A program made the position numbers and the translations under genes. Of a stretch of DNA of 64,000 bases, positions 38,248-48,385 are shown in pieces. Source of the stretch: an uncultured Bacilli bacterium (GTDB taxonomy: Bacteria > Bacillota_I > Bacilli_A > RF39 > UBA660); assembly GCA_944350415.1 (NCBI GenBank), contig CALVOY010000014.1, positions 262-64,261 on the forward strand, written 5' to 3'. Every line of letters begins with the position of its first letter. Positions within the stretch are counted from its first letter, which is position 1. The notes beneath the pieces are model-generated. The model worked only from the letters and a program-made list of their open reading frames with translations. It ran no database searches and was not told where the DNA came from.

Positions 38248-39401
38248 AATGCCAAATAATTAGGGATAATGACTTTAGCTGTTGTTCCCTTACCCAAAAC
38301 AGAATCATAGCGGATCATTCCTTGGTGAAGTTTTATAATTTCTTTTGACATATTGATACCAATCCCACTTCCCTTTGCTTTGGTAGTATAAAACAACTGC
38401 CCTATTTTCTTTAATTCTTTTTCGCTCATTCCATCTCCATTATCTTTGACCGTAATTTCTACAGTGTCTTTCTTGAGAAAAACATTTAATATGATTTCTT
38501 TCGCATTTGCTTCATAAGCATTTTTAATTAAATTCACAAAAACTTGTTTTAACCTATCATAGTCACCATCTATTAAAACTTCCTCTTCTATTTTCGGTAA
38601 ATTTAAAACTACATTTTTATTGCTTAAAATAGAATCCATTGTAGCTCCTACATCTTCTAACAATAACATTAAATCCATAATATCTTTTCGTATACTTAAA
38701 CGTTTTAAATTTAAAAAATCATCCATGATCGTCAATGCTCTTCCCATTTCACTTCTAATAATCGGAATATACTTATTTACTTTGTCTTTCTTGTTAGTAT
38801 CTAACATATCTAAATATCCTTTGCAAACAGCAATTGGATTTTTTACTTCATGGGCAATCTGAAAGATAAGAGTATCCTCATTCTTTCTAGTCTCATAATC
38901 TCTTAGAAAACGATAAGTAATTTCTAACAAACTATAAAAATATAAGAAGATAAAAGCTAAATAGCCAATGGCCAAAGCACTATGCTCAAAATATATAAAA
39001 TATATAAAACTTGTAAAAAATGCTTTGCTAACTAAAAAATAATGAATGGAATCTTTTCGATGATTGGTAAGAATACAGTCTATTCCCAAATACCCAACAT
39101 AAATCAAATAATAATACCATGGAATGGTAAGCATCATACTACAATACACAATATTGATTATAGAAAGTAAAAATGCTTCTTTTCTTCTTTTGAGGAGATA
39201 TCCTAAAAAACAAGAAAAATCTAGAAAAATAATAAACATGTGGTTGTTACCAAATATAATAAACATAGCTTGAATAAATGCTAAATATAATAGAATTGCT
39301 GTTTTTTTATTCATATTTTTATTAGAAGAAATGAATTGGTATACCATAAAACTAGCCATAATTACTAGTAAGATGAAAAGAATTGATTGAAAAAAATACA
39401 T
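38244..39401 (-). CDS. membrane sensor histidine kinase, orphan (no adjacent response regulator)
   Basis: 5-6 N-terminal TM helices, H-box IAHEVKNPIAV, HATPase N/G boxes NLIKNAYEA, GSGIGINMSKE. Confidence 0.8.
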   Translation of the reverse strand: MYFFQSILFILLVIMASFMVYQFISSNKNMNKKTAILLYLAFIQAMFIIFGNNHMFIIFLDFSCFLGYLLKRRKEAFLLSIINIVYCSMMLTIPWYYYLIYVGYLGIDCILTNHRKDSIHYFLVSKAFFTSFIYFIYFEHSALAIGYLAFIFLYFYSLLEITYRFLRDYETRKNEDTLIFQIAHEVKNPIAVCKGYLDMLDTNKKDKVNKYIPIIRSEMGRALTIMDDFLNLKRLSIRKDIMDLMLLLEDVGATMDSILSNKNVVLNLPKIEEEVLIDGDYDRLKQVFVNLIKNAYEANAKEIILNVFLKKDTVEITVKDNGDGMSEKELKKIGQLFYTTKAKGSGIGINMSKEIIKLHQGMIRYDSVLGKGTTAKVIIPNYLAF

Positions 39402-39483
39402 ACAATAGCCCTCTTTCTGATACTATTATATGTATTTATCTTGTCGATAAATGTCGATTTTTGTAGATTCATCTCGATTTTTG

Positions 39484-39798
39484 TTATTTCAAGTTATCAA
39501 TATACTTCTTTAGCTGCTTACTTTCGGAACCTAAAACAATTTTTAGTTGATTATCTATCTCTACAATTCCTTTTGCCCCTAACTTCTGAATTGCTTCTTT
39601 GTTCACAATACTTACATCTTTTAAAGTAACCTTGAATCTAGATAGACTAGTTTCAGTAGCAATGATGTTATCCTTGCCTCCTAAGTATTCCACCAACTTA
39701 TTTAACTCCAAGTGAGCATCTTTTTTTGTAGATTTTAAAACGGCTAATAGGATTACTAAAAATACTAGTAAAATAATCCCATATTGTAAATAATTCAT
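39484..39798 (-). CDS. membrane-anchored PTS EIIB-like domain protein lacking the phosphorylatable Cys
   Basis: LVEYLGGKDNIIATETSLSRFKVTLKD aligns to glucose-type EIIB LGGKENI...CxTRLR with Cys replaced by Ser. Confidence 0.5.
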   Translation of the reverse strand: MNYLQYGIILLVFLVILLAVLKSTKKDAHLELNKLVEYLGGKDNIIATETSLSRFKVTLKDVSIVNKEAIQKLGAKGIVEIDNQLKIVLGSESKQLKKYIDNLK

Positions 39799-40026
39799 TT
39801 TTATCACCACTATCATTATACTATACAACTTTTTAAAAAGAAAGTGTTTCATGAAACTAGGTAATAATAATACACCAAAAAAATAATTTTGGAATATCTT
39901 ATATTAGATAATTATAAAGGAGTACATATTATTCTAGGATCATAGAATCAGTGCTTATGAACATGTATCTAAAACAAATGCCTGCCGGATGTAATTATCA
40001 ATCGTTTATGAAAGGAGGTATTTTCA

Positions 40027-40457
40027 TGTGTCCAGATAAAGATAACACTAACACAAACAATGAAAACTGTTGCTTAGCTAATATTCTAGAAGTAATCGTA
40101 AGACTACAAGACAGAAGTGAAAAATTTGATTGTTTGGGAGAAGGGTGTGACAGACCATTTTTAGGGCCTACTCCATCTACAGTATGTTTTAATACAAGAC
40201 CTGTTACTTTCTACCGTTGTTCTGATGGAGAACTATGGTCATTTCCTTTTACTTTGAATGGTGAAACAGGAACTAGTACTGTATTTAGATGTGAACACGT
40301 AGAAGGATGCTGTGCAACATGTCGTGTACTTGCTCCAAACCCTGATACTAGTAATACAACCGCACCTTATGTTCCAACAGATTCATTCTTTACTATCAAC
40401 TTAGAATGTGTTGGTGCTTTAAGATGCTTACCTGATACTTTTATCGCTTGTAGTTAA
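40027..40457 (+). CDS. CotY/CotZ/ExsY-like cysteine-rich spore coat/exosporium protein
   Basis: ENCCLANILEVIVRLQ and EGCCATCRVL match ENCVCDAVEKIL / CDCCATLSIL of the CotY/Z family; aaaggagg RBS. Confidence 0.55.
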
Positions 40458-40473
40458 TATGTATAAAAGATCG

Positions 40474-40818
40474 CTACAGGCGATCTTTTATTATGATATC
40501 ATTAATGGATGCGATTGGAATCACTTCTCCATCTACAGTAACTATGCTATTTTTTACTTTTCCAGCAATCTGTGTATGATAAATCTTCTTATCTGTTTTA
40601 ATTTCTACATTGATATTAAAAATATAGCGACTACTTTTTAGTAATTTCCTAATTTTTGCTTCTACCATCGTTAAAGTATCATCTATATTCATAGTATTGT
40701 TGCCATTAGTAACTTTCGTTTTACTCTTTTCATAGTCGGAAGCATAATAAATTTTTTTATTATTGCTGTGACTAGCATCTACATTTTTTTTAAAAATTTC
40801 CGGTAATTCTTTTTTCAT
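40474..40818 (-). CDS. hypothetical protein (114 aa)
   Basis: ORF track. Confidence 0.4.
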   Translation of the reverse strand: MKKELPEIFKKNVDASHSNNKKIYYASDYEKSKTKVTNGNNTMNIDDTLTMVEAKIRKLLKSSRYIFNINVEIKTDKKIYHTQIAGKVKNSIVTVDGEVIPIASINDIIIKDRL

Positions 40819-40883
40819 AACACTTTCCTTTCATTCTATTGTATTCTAAATAAATATTTTTAAAACTTTTTTCCATACTAATA

Positions 40884-42029
40884 GTGAGGGATACTATGAC
40901 ACATTTGAAACAATTTCAATTTCATAAATCATTGATTGCTTGTATTATACTTTTTATGATCATCAGTACAATGACCATTTATAGTGCCATGACTTATTTA
41001 CCAAGCGACTTAGGAAACTTAGCTTTAAAACAATTAGCATGGTATGGAATTGGATGGAGTGTTGTTATCATAATACTTTTTTTATCTAATCAAAAAATCT
41101 TCCAATATGTATGGTATATTTATATTACTAATATTATACTTTTATTACTATTATTAGTAATTGGGAAACCTATTAATGGTAGTAAATGTTGGTTTATCAT
41201 TCCAGGAGTTGGTTCTATTCAACCTAGTGAATTTATGAAAATTGCGATGATATTAATGTCCAGCATCATTACAGGAAATTGGGTCAAATCATTAAAAAAA
41301 CAACCAACCCTAAAGCAAGAACTTTTCTTTTTAGGAAAAATATTAGGAATTTGGCTAATTCCCTCTATTCTCACTTTCTTAGAACCGGATACGGGGGCTG
41401 TTTTTATTTATACCATTATCTTAATTTCTATTTTATGGACCTCCCCTTTAAGAAAGCGTTGGTTTTTAATCGGTGGAATTCTAATTATGATTCTATTAGG
41501 AATGTTTCTGGGGATTTATTTTTTAAAGCAAGAATTATTTGTAGAAATATTTGGAACTGATTTGTTCTATCGAATCGATAGATTATTAGATTGGAAAAAT
41601 GGAACAGGTATGCAACTTGAAAATTCTTTAACAGCAATTGGATCTAGCGGCATACTAGGGCATGGTTATAATCGCACACCTATTTATTTTCCAGAATCTG
41701 GAACTGATTTTATCTTTGCTGTTTATGCATCTAATTTTGGATTATTGGGTAGTTTACTTCTTCTTCTTTTGATTTTTTACTTTGACTTTCAAATTCTCCA
41801 AATGGCAAAGAACACCTCCAATATAACAGAAAAATTCGTAATAGCAGGTATTTTGGGGATGCTCGTTTATCAACAATTTCAAAATATTGGAATGACTCTA
41901 GGAATTCTTCCAATTACTGGAATTACCTTGCCCTTTATTAGCTATGGTGGTTCTTCCCTACTTTCCTATATGATTATAATAGGAATTTTACTCAATATTT
42001 ATCACGAAAGTCATAAAACTATCAATTAA
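40884..42029 (+). CDS. SEDS-family protein (SpoVE/FtsW-like), second copy
   Basis: GSIQPSEFMK, PESGTDFIFAV, LPITGITLPFISYGGSS. Confidence 0.8.
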   Translation: MRDTMTHLKQFQFHKSLIACIILFMIISTMTIYSAMTYLPSDLGNLALKQLAWYGIGWSVVIIILFLSNQKIFQYVWYIYITNIILLLLLLVIGKPINGSKCWFIIPGVGSIQPSEFMKIAMILMSSIITGNWVKSLKKQPTLKQELFFLGKILGIWLIPSILTFLEPDTGAVFIYTIILISILWTSPLRKRWFLIGGILIMILLGMFLGIYFLKQELFVEIFGTDLFYRIDRLLDWKNGTGMQLENSLTAIGSSGILGHGYNRTPIYFPESGTDFIFAVYASNFGLLGSLLLLLLIFYFDFQILQMAKNTSNITEKFVIAGILGMLVYQQFQNIGMTLGILPITGITLPFISYGGSSLLSYMIIIGILLNIYHESHKTIN

Positions 42030-42037
42030 AAAAAGTA

Positions 42038-43045
42038 CTATTTTTTTAGTACTTCTTGGTATACTTGTTTTAATTGCTTTGCAATATTCTTTTGGTCTCT
42101 TTCTTCAGCGATTGGATATGCGTTTTTAGCAACACTTTTTAATGTACCATTTAAAAAGTGTTTTATTTTGGTTTCAAATTCATCTACATCTTTGGCTTTA
42201 TAAACATTTTTTCCATCTTCTAACCAGCCTTCGAAAATAGGAATATCACGAATGATAGCATCTGTACCGCAAGAAATGGCTTCGATAATTGGAATTCCTT
42301 CTGTTTCTTCAAAAGTTGGGAATAAATATAAATTGCATCCATTCAAGGCAGCACGAATCATATCTCTTTCCACATAGCCTGCAAATATCAGATTATCTAA
42401 TTTTGTATTAACTGCTTTTCTAACAGGACTAGTTGCTGCCACAAGAGGACTATATCCAAACCAAATAAATTTGTATTCTGGCATTCTTTTAGCCAGCTCT
42501 ACAAAATCCACAATTCCTTTTCGTTCAATATATAAACCAATTCCGACAATTACTTTATCATCTTTGGTATATCCATATTTTTTACGAAACTCTTCTCCGT
42601 ATTTTTTATCTTTATGAAAGAAATCTAATTCCACTCCATTAGAAATAGCATAGATTTTTTTATTTTCTAACCCTTTATAACCCTCTAACAATTTTTTAGA
42701 ATAAGGGGTTGGCGTAATGATTACATCCCCTAAAGAATAGCATTTAATTAACCACCATTTCACAAATTTAGAAGTTTGTTTGGCTAGGATAAAGCCATTT
42801 TTATAATCTTCCTCGGTAGAATGAGCATGGTATACAATTTTTTTTCCTTTTCGTTTGGCTTTTCTCGCCATTAAATAAGATTTTAAAAACCATGTATTAA
42901 TGTGCAAAATATCATAATCATCTTTTGGATCTAAAGTATATTCTATATTCTCATCTTCTAATGCTTTCATTTGATGTCCTATCGCTTTTCCTAATCCACT
43001 TTTACCAATTGTTTTTAATCCTTCTGCATAAAGTAGTACTTTCAT
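42038..43045 (-). CDS. glycosyltransferase family 4 (GT-B)
   Basis: C-terminal EGIPIIEAISCGTDAIIRDIPIFEGW E-X7-E-type motif. Confidence 0.75.
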   Translation of the reverse strand: MKVLLYAEGLKTIGKSGLGKAIGHQMKALEDENIEYTLDPKDDYDILHINTWFLKSYLMARKAKRKGKKIVYHAHSTEEDYKNGFILAKQTSKFVKWWLIKCYSLGDVIITPTPYSKKLLEGYKGLENKKIYAISNGVELDFFHKDKKYGEEFRKKYGYTKDDKVIVGIGLYIERKGIVDFVELAKRMPEYKFIWFGYSPLVAATSPVRKAVNTKLDNLIFAGYVERDMIRAALNGCNLYLFPTFEETEGIPIIEAISCGTDAIIRDIPIFEGWLEDGKNVYKAKDVDEFETKIKHFLNGTLKSVAKNAYPIAEERDQKNIAKQLKQVYQEVLKK

Positions 43046-43068
43046 ATATTACCTCTTTCTAAAATAAA

Positions 43069-43593
43069 CTATTTTGTTTTGGCAAGATACGTTTCTATAT
43101 AATTTTGAAGGTATTCTAATCCGCCATCTGGAAAGACATATGGTGAGGTTTCCAAATACCCATTATCACATAATTCATGAGGGACTATATTAGAAATTAT
43201 AGTTAGACTTTCCCAAATAGCATCCGTTATTTGTTTTTGCTCTTTGGTAACTCTATTAGGAAGATAGAAGTTAGCATCAGTGGTAAATTCTTCTACGAAA
43301 GTTTCCCATGCATAATAAATCATAATACCTTCATTTACCAGTTGATTCCATAGTCTTACTTGTTCATTGGTATTTTCCACATCATAAGATTCTGTCATTC
43401 GAGCAAACTCAGGATAATTTTTCTGCATATTTTTTAAAATGATAAAATGATTACCAGGCTCAGCTAACTTTTGCCCTTTAAAAATAGTACCATCTGGCAA
43501 TATTATTAAAAAAGTATAATCTTGTAAATCTATTATAGTATCCATATCATCATCTCTTAAATAAATTATAGCAATTAAAAAGAAAAAACTCAA
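43069..43593 (-). CDS. hypothetical protein, paralogue of 43735-44229 (true start may be MDTIIDL at 43546)
   Basis: Shared DTIxxLxDYTFxIxLPDGTIF / FYLPxxVxKEQK / GGLxYLxNYIE blocks. Confidence 0.45.
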   Translation of the reverse strand: MSFFFLIAIIYLRDDDMDTIIDLQDYTFLIILPDGTIFKGQKLAEPGNHFIILKNMQKNYPEFARMTESYDVENTNEQVRLWNQLVNEGIMIYYAWETFVEEFTTDANFYLPNRVTKEQKQITDAIWESLTIISNIVPHELCDNGYLETSPYVFPDGGLEYLQNYIETYLAKTK

Positions 43594-43734
43594 TATAATC
43601 CATGTATAAATATAGCTCTTCTAAATACAAAAAGAAGTTTATATGAAACTTCCCGTCTAAATATACCAATATAAATATTACTTTATCTATCCATAATTTT
43701 CTTTCTAATGTTTATTCGAAATTTGTAGATAGCA

Positions 43735-44229
43735 TTATAAAGTCTTTTTCTTGATTACTAAATGTTCTTCTATATATTTCCTTAATAAAATTCCCCCATT
43801 TTTAAAGTCTTCTGGTTTTTTATAAATAGGATAAAAGTCATCCGCTTCTTCGTGGTAGGTTTCTAAGAAAACAGATTTTTTACTGTCGATTTCTGGCATA
43901 TAGATTTCTAATATTTCTTTTTGCTTTTCAGAAATTTGTATAGGCAAGTAAAACTGAATACTAGAGATCGTTTCTGAAGATAGAATTTTATGATTTTCAT
44001 ATACAATTGTGGAATCCAACACAAGATTGCGTATAAACCAAAGTTGAGGGATGTTATCATCTCTATCAAAGATTAATCCAAAAGAATGTCTTTTTAAATA
44101 ACTGTTTTGTTTAGAAAAATCCTGTAAATATTGATAATGAGAGGAATACTGATTGTTTCTAGCGATAGAAAAAATTTCTCCATCAGCAGTTATCACCGTA
44201 TAAATAGTATCATCTAACATATACCTCAC
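43735..44229 (-). CDS. hypothetical protein, paralogue of 43069-43593
   Basis: MLDDTIYTVITADGEIF, FYLPIQISEKQK, GGILLRKYIEEHL. Confidence 0.45.
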   Translation of the reverse strand: MRYMLDDTIYTVITADGEIFSIARNNQYSSHYQYLQDFSKQNSYLKRHSFGLIFDRDDNIPQLWFIRNLVLDSTIVYENHKILSSETISSIQFYLPIQISEKQKEILEIYMPEIDSKKSVFLETYHEEADDFYPIYKKPEDFKNGGILLRKYIEEHLVIKKKTL

Positions 44230-44279
44230 TCCATTTAGATATAGAAAAAACTGGAATTTTCCAGTATAAAATCAAAATA

Positions 44280-44356
44280 TGGTGATCTGTACGGGATTCG
44301 GACCCGTGAATGCCACCTTGAGAGGGTGGTGTGTTAAGCCACTTCACCAACAGACC
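44280..44356 (-). tRNA. tRNA-Glu-like (anticodon CUC) with unusual T-loop TCCGAAT
   Basis: Closely parallels canonical Firmicute tRNA-Glu but anticodon loop CTCTCAA and C at position 55. Confidence 0.55.
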
Positions 44357-44468
44357 AAACAGAAATCTTTTATAAGACTTCTTTAGTTTAACATAATTCA
44401 TATAAAAAAGGCAATATCATAAATTAATATTTTCTAGATTCATTCCATCTGTAAGGTTTCGTATGGAA

Positions 44469-44759
44469 TTATTTTTTCATTTCGTTTAATCTATTTCGAA
44501 CTAAAAGCGTTAATTCCATTGGTGCTTTAATTTTATTCAAAACCAAAAGTGCATCTTGTAATTTTGTTTTTAAAGGATTCTTCTCTACTTCTTGTGCTAT
44601 ATCTTGATAAGGAAAACTAGTAAGTGGATATTGTTGGATAAAGTCATGTATATAATTTTCAATGTCTTTTAAAACATATACTTTAAGATCATATTCATCC
44701 ATCTCATAAATACCATAATAGCCACTTACTAATAGTCTAAATTCTTCTTCTAAAGTCAT
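44469..44759 (-). CDS. hypothetical protein (96 aa)
   Basis: ORF track. Confidence 0.4.
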   Translation of the reverse strand: MTLEEEFRLLVSGYYGIYEMDEYDLKVYVLKDIENYIHDFIQQYPLTSFPYQDIAQEVEKNPLKTKLQDALLVLNKIKAPMELTLLVRNRLNEMKK

Positions 44760-44773
44760 ATTATAAAACTTCC

Positions 44774-45658
44774 TTAATCGATTGTAATCAATTCGTACTC
44801 ACGATTTCCTAATCCCAAATCATAAGCAGCTTCTACCGTGTGAATTCCATGTCTAGAATTCATTCTTTCTATCAAGGCTTTCTTTCCTTCGTCTTCAGAG
44901 TTTATTACGGCATCATAACAAGCTTGGTCAATCGCAACTGGATCTAGAGAAGCGAAAATACCAATGTCAGCCATTTCAGGTGCATGTGGATTAGAATCAC
45001 AATCACAGTCAACAGATAAGTTATTAGCTACATTAATATAAGCAAAATTTTCTTTTCCTTTATAATTCAATACTCCTTTGCAAGCATCTGCCATGCTTTC
45101 TAAAAAATCATCTTGTTTCGGTAGATTATCCCAGGTTTCTTTTTGATCTAATGATTTCCCTGCCGAATGAATATTTAATTTTCCTTTGGTAGAAGCAATT
45201 CCGATAGCCATATTTTTTAATGCCCCTCCAAAGCCACCCATCGCATGTCCTTTAAAATGAGATAACATTAAAATGGAATCATAGTTTTTAAAATGCTCTC
45301 CTACGATATCTTTATCTAAGTGATATCCTCCTTGAATAGGGATTTCAAACTCCTGAAATTCATCCATAATATCACATGGAGCGATGGCTTTAAATCCATG
45401 ATCTTCGATTGCCTTCCAGTGATCTTTTGGATCTTGTCTTTTTCCCCCATAAGCAGTACAGCATTCAATAATTGTACCATTTAAATATGTCACTAAATCC
45501 TTAATTAAGTTAGGATTTAGGAAATGGTGACCACCAGGTTCTCCTGTTGATATTTTAACACCAATTTTACCTTTCAATTCTACATCTAATGCTTGATAAA
45601 TCTTAATTAAATTCTCAGGTGTGATTGTTTTTATAAAATATACTTTTGATTTTTCCAT
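44774..45658 (-). CDS. uncharacterised conserved protein (DUF362-like)
   Basis: 294 aa; weak recollection of DUF362 family. Confidence 0.35.
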   Translation of the reverse strand: MEKSKVYFIKTITPENLIKIYQALDVELKGKIGVKISTGEPGGHHFLNPNLIKDLVTYLNGTIIECCTAYGGKRQDPKDHWKAIEDHGFKAIAPCDIMDEFQEFEIPIQGGYHLDKDIVGEHFKNYDSILMLSHFKGHAMGGFGGALKNMAIGIASTKGKLNIHSAGKSLDQKETWDNLPKQDDFLESMADACKGVLNYKGKENFAYINVANNLSVDCDCDSNPHAPEMADIGIFASLDPVAIDQACYDAVINSEDEGKKALIERMNSRHGIHTVEAAYDLGLGNREYELITID

Positions 45659-45723
45659 ATTATCCCTCCATTATTATTTTACCATAGTTTGAAAAATTTA
45701 AAAAAGAAAGTAATGACTTTCTT

Positions 45724-46332
45724 TTAATTGCATTCGGTACAAATATTACTTCCAGTATCTGCTATCATAGTTTCTAACTTTTCTTTTAAATCTTTTACTT
45801 CTGCTTCGCTCCAATATTCATCTGGATTAGAAAAGCCTTTGGTATCCCAGGAAGTTTCATCATCAAAGCCTACAATTTCGCCTTTTTTTACAGCGATTAC
45901 ACTAGGTACATAAATTCTTTTATTTCCTTCCTCATCGTTTTGTAAATAATCTTCTAGAATAGATACAATTTTCAAATATTTTTCTGTATTATTATTTCGA
46001 TCTTCGCGAATATTGTAATAATATATTTTCTCAAGTCCCATTTCCTTGGCCACTTCATTTAGATATTTTACATATCTTTGACACCATTGACATTCAGGAA
46101 ATCCTAAATAAACAATACCAGTTCCTTTTTCTAAAATATTGATAATTTCATCTATGCTGCGAAATACATAAACATTGTCTTGATCTAACTCCGTATACTC
46201 TTGACTAAATTTTTCTCCATCTGTTATTTCATTATGCTCTTCTTTTTTATTAATCATAAATACTATTCCAACAACAATTAAAATAATAATTAAAATAGAA
46301 ATGATTAATACGATTATATTGTTTTTTTTCAT
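45724..46332 (-). CDS. membrane-anchored thioredoxin-like thiol-disulfide oxidoreductase
   Basis: N-terminal TM, CxxC motif GFPECQWCQRY. Confidence 0.65.
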   Translation of the reverse strand: MKKNNIIVLIISILIIILIVVGIVFMINKKEEHNEITDGEKFSQEYTELDQDNVYVFRSIDEIINILEKGTGIVYLGFPECQWCQRYVKYLNEVAKEMGLEKIYYYNIREDRNNNTEKYLKIVSILEDYLQNDEEGNKRIYVPSVIAVKKGEIVGFDDETSWDTKGFSNPDEYWSEAEVKDLKEKLETMIADTGSNICTECN

Positions 46333-46411
46333 TTTTTACCTCCAATATCATCCTAACATTTTTTCTAGCAAAAGAAAATCAATGAAATGTTGTTTTGACT
46401 AAACTTTCCGT

Positions 46412-47152
46412 TTAGTTTGCTTTTACGCAGCTACTTTCTAATTCAATTGGAATATTATAAGTGACTGTTTCTTCTTGTTTATTCATTGCATTAATTTTTA
46501 AATACAGTTGGTTACATACTGGTACTTCACAAGAACAAGAGTAATTATCCACATTTAACTCAATATTTTCTAATAATTCGGATAAAGTAAAAGTTTGGTT
46601 TTCATCCTTACTATTTGGAGAATTGCAGGTCGAAATTCTTTTTTCTATATTCCCATTGACCTCATATAAGACACATTCTACATTTAAATATTCTTTTTCT
46701 TCTTCGTTTTCAGCATAATCTACTTTTGAGATATAAATCGATTTTTTATTGTTATTATAGGCAATAATTCCTTTGATTCGAAACAAATCGTTATCAGAAG
46801 CTAATTTCGAAACTTGAAAATCACCATTCGAAGATGAGGTTATAAAAATCATAATCATCATAGCCAATAATATTATCATGACAATGATCAAAAGAAGGAA
46901 TCCGATTTTTTTATTTTTTTCTTTTTTATAATTCTGTTTTTCTTTAATACTTCCTGTTAGTATTTCCGAAATATCTACTTTAAATATTTCACTTAGTTTT
47001 TGCAGCATTTCAATATCTGGTATGCCTCTACCATTTTCCCACTTAGAAATTGCTTGACTAGTTACTGATAATTTATCTGCTAATTCTTTTTGAGTTAAAT
47101 GATTTCTATTTCTTAATTCATATATTAGATTCCCTATCTTTTTAGAATCCAT
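46412..47152 (-). CDS. XRE-family HTH regulator with TM segment (membrane-anchored)
   Basis: LRNRNHLTQKELADKLSVTSQAISKWENGRGIP + hydrophobic stretch LLLIIVMIILLAMMIMIFI. Confidence 0.7.
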   Translation of the reverse strand: MDSKKIGNLIYELRNRNHLTQKELADKLSVTSQAISKWENGRGIPDIEMLQKLSEIFKVDISEILTGSIKEKQNYKKEKNKKIGFLLLIIVMIILLAMMIMIFITSSSNGDFQVSKLASDNDLFRIKGIIAYNNNKKSIYISKVDYAENEEEKEYLNVECVLYEVNGNIEKRISTCNSPNSKDENQTFTLSELLENIELNVDNYSCSCEVPVCNQLYLKINAMNKQEETVTYNIPIELESSCVKAN

Positions 47153-47172
47153 CTTACCACCACCAAGAATTA

Positions 47173-48300
47173 CTATATTTTTATTTTCTTTTTTTCTAAT
47201 TGTTCATTGGTTTCATTTCTTAAAACAGCATATAAAATAGATGCTAGCGGAAGCCCAATAATCATTCCTGTAATTCCTAACAGACTACCTCCTAAAATAA
47301 CAGCCATTAATGTCCACATAGAAGCAAGTCCTACTGATTTTCCTACGACTTTTGGATAAATAAAATTATTTTCAATTTGTTGAATAATTTGGAATACAAT
47401 AATAAATAAAATTGCTTGTAGTGGATTGGTAACAGCAATTAAAAGTGCTCCAATCATCATTGCGATCATAGCTCCAAACATTGGAATTAAAGCTGTCATA
47501 GTTGTTAATACAGAAATAATTACTGCATAAGGGAAACGAAGCACAGTTAGGCAAACAAAGAAAATCATTCCTAGAATTACTGCCTCTACACATTGTCCAG
47601 AAATAAATTTTGAAAAGGTTTTGTTTGCTAAATTAGCAAGTTCCATTATTTTGGTTACAGATTCTTTTTTCATATAAGCATACATCAATTTTTTGATACC
47701 GCGCTCCAAGTATTCCTTTTGACTTAACATATAAACTGCAAATACAATTGCTGTAAATATTGTAAAAACACTAGTAACCAAACTAGTAATAAAATTGAGA
47801 GAACCATTAATTACATAATTTAACACCGTTACCATAATATTATTCACACTAGTAGTATCTTTAAAGACTTCTTCTATCTGATTTTGTATTTCAGGATAAC
47901 TATCTACTAAATCTAGTACCCAAGCTTGTATATCACTGATAAAATCAGGGATATTTTTAATCAACAATTGAATATTTTCTATCAATTCTGGTATCAATAA
48001 AAAACAAATCAATAAAATAATTCCCACAAAAATAACTAGTGATAGCGTAATAGAAATCGTTCTAATAGGAATTTTTGTTTTTTTATTATTTTGCTTCTTC
48101 CTTAAAAAATTCTCTATTTTGGTCATCGGAATATTTAGTATAAATGCAATGATAGCTCCTAAAATAAACGGAAATAAAAGATGCAAAGCATGAGAAAAAA
48201 AAGCTAAAATATCCGATAAATTAGTAAGAGCCCAAAAAAGACCAATCCCAAAAGTAATTAATATCATTAATTTTTTCATATTTCTTTTACTTAAATCCAT
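47173..48300 (-). CDS. AI-2E family (UPF0118) transporter
   Basis: 8-TM permease profile typical of PF01594. Confidence 0.65.
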   Translation of the reverse strand: MDLSKRNMKKLMILITFGIGLFWALTNLSDILAFFSHALHLLFPFILGAIIAFILNIPMTKIENFLRKKQNNKKTKIPIRTISITLSLVIFVGIILLICFLLIPELIENIQLLIKNIPDFISDIQAWVLDLVDSYPEIQNQIEEVFKDTTSVNNIMVTVLNYVINGSLNFITSLVTSVFTIFTAIVFAVYMLSQKEYLERGIKKLMYAYMKKESVTKIMELANLANKTFSKFISGQCVEAVILGMIFFVCLTVLRFPYAVIISVLTTMTALIPMFGAMIAMMIGALLIAVTNPLQAILFIIVFQIIQQIENNFIYPKVVGKSVGLASMWTLMAVILGGSLLGITGMIIGLPLASILYAVLRNETNEQLEKKKIKI

Positions 48301-48385
48301 ATCTATTCACCTTTCTTTATAAAAATATTATATAATGTTTCTTCCTCTTTTAAAAGAAAAAAGAATCGAAACTACTCTTTTATAC

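Noticed and set aside
44280-44356. tRNA-Sec (anticodon TCA visible in the loop sequence ctcTCAa)
   Set aside because: With a standard 5-bp anticodon stem (CCACC/GGTGG) the 7-nt loop is CTCTCAA, putting CUC at 34-36; overall sequence parallels tRNA-Glu, with a normal 7-bp acceptor stem and short variable arm, so not selenocysteine tRNA.
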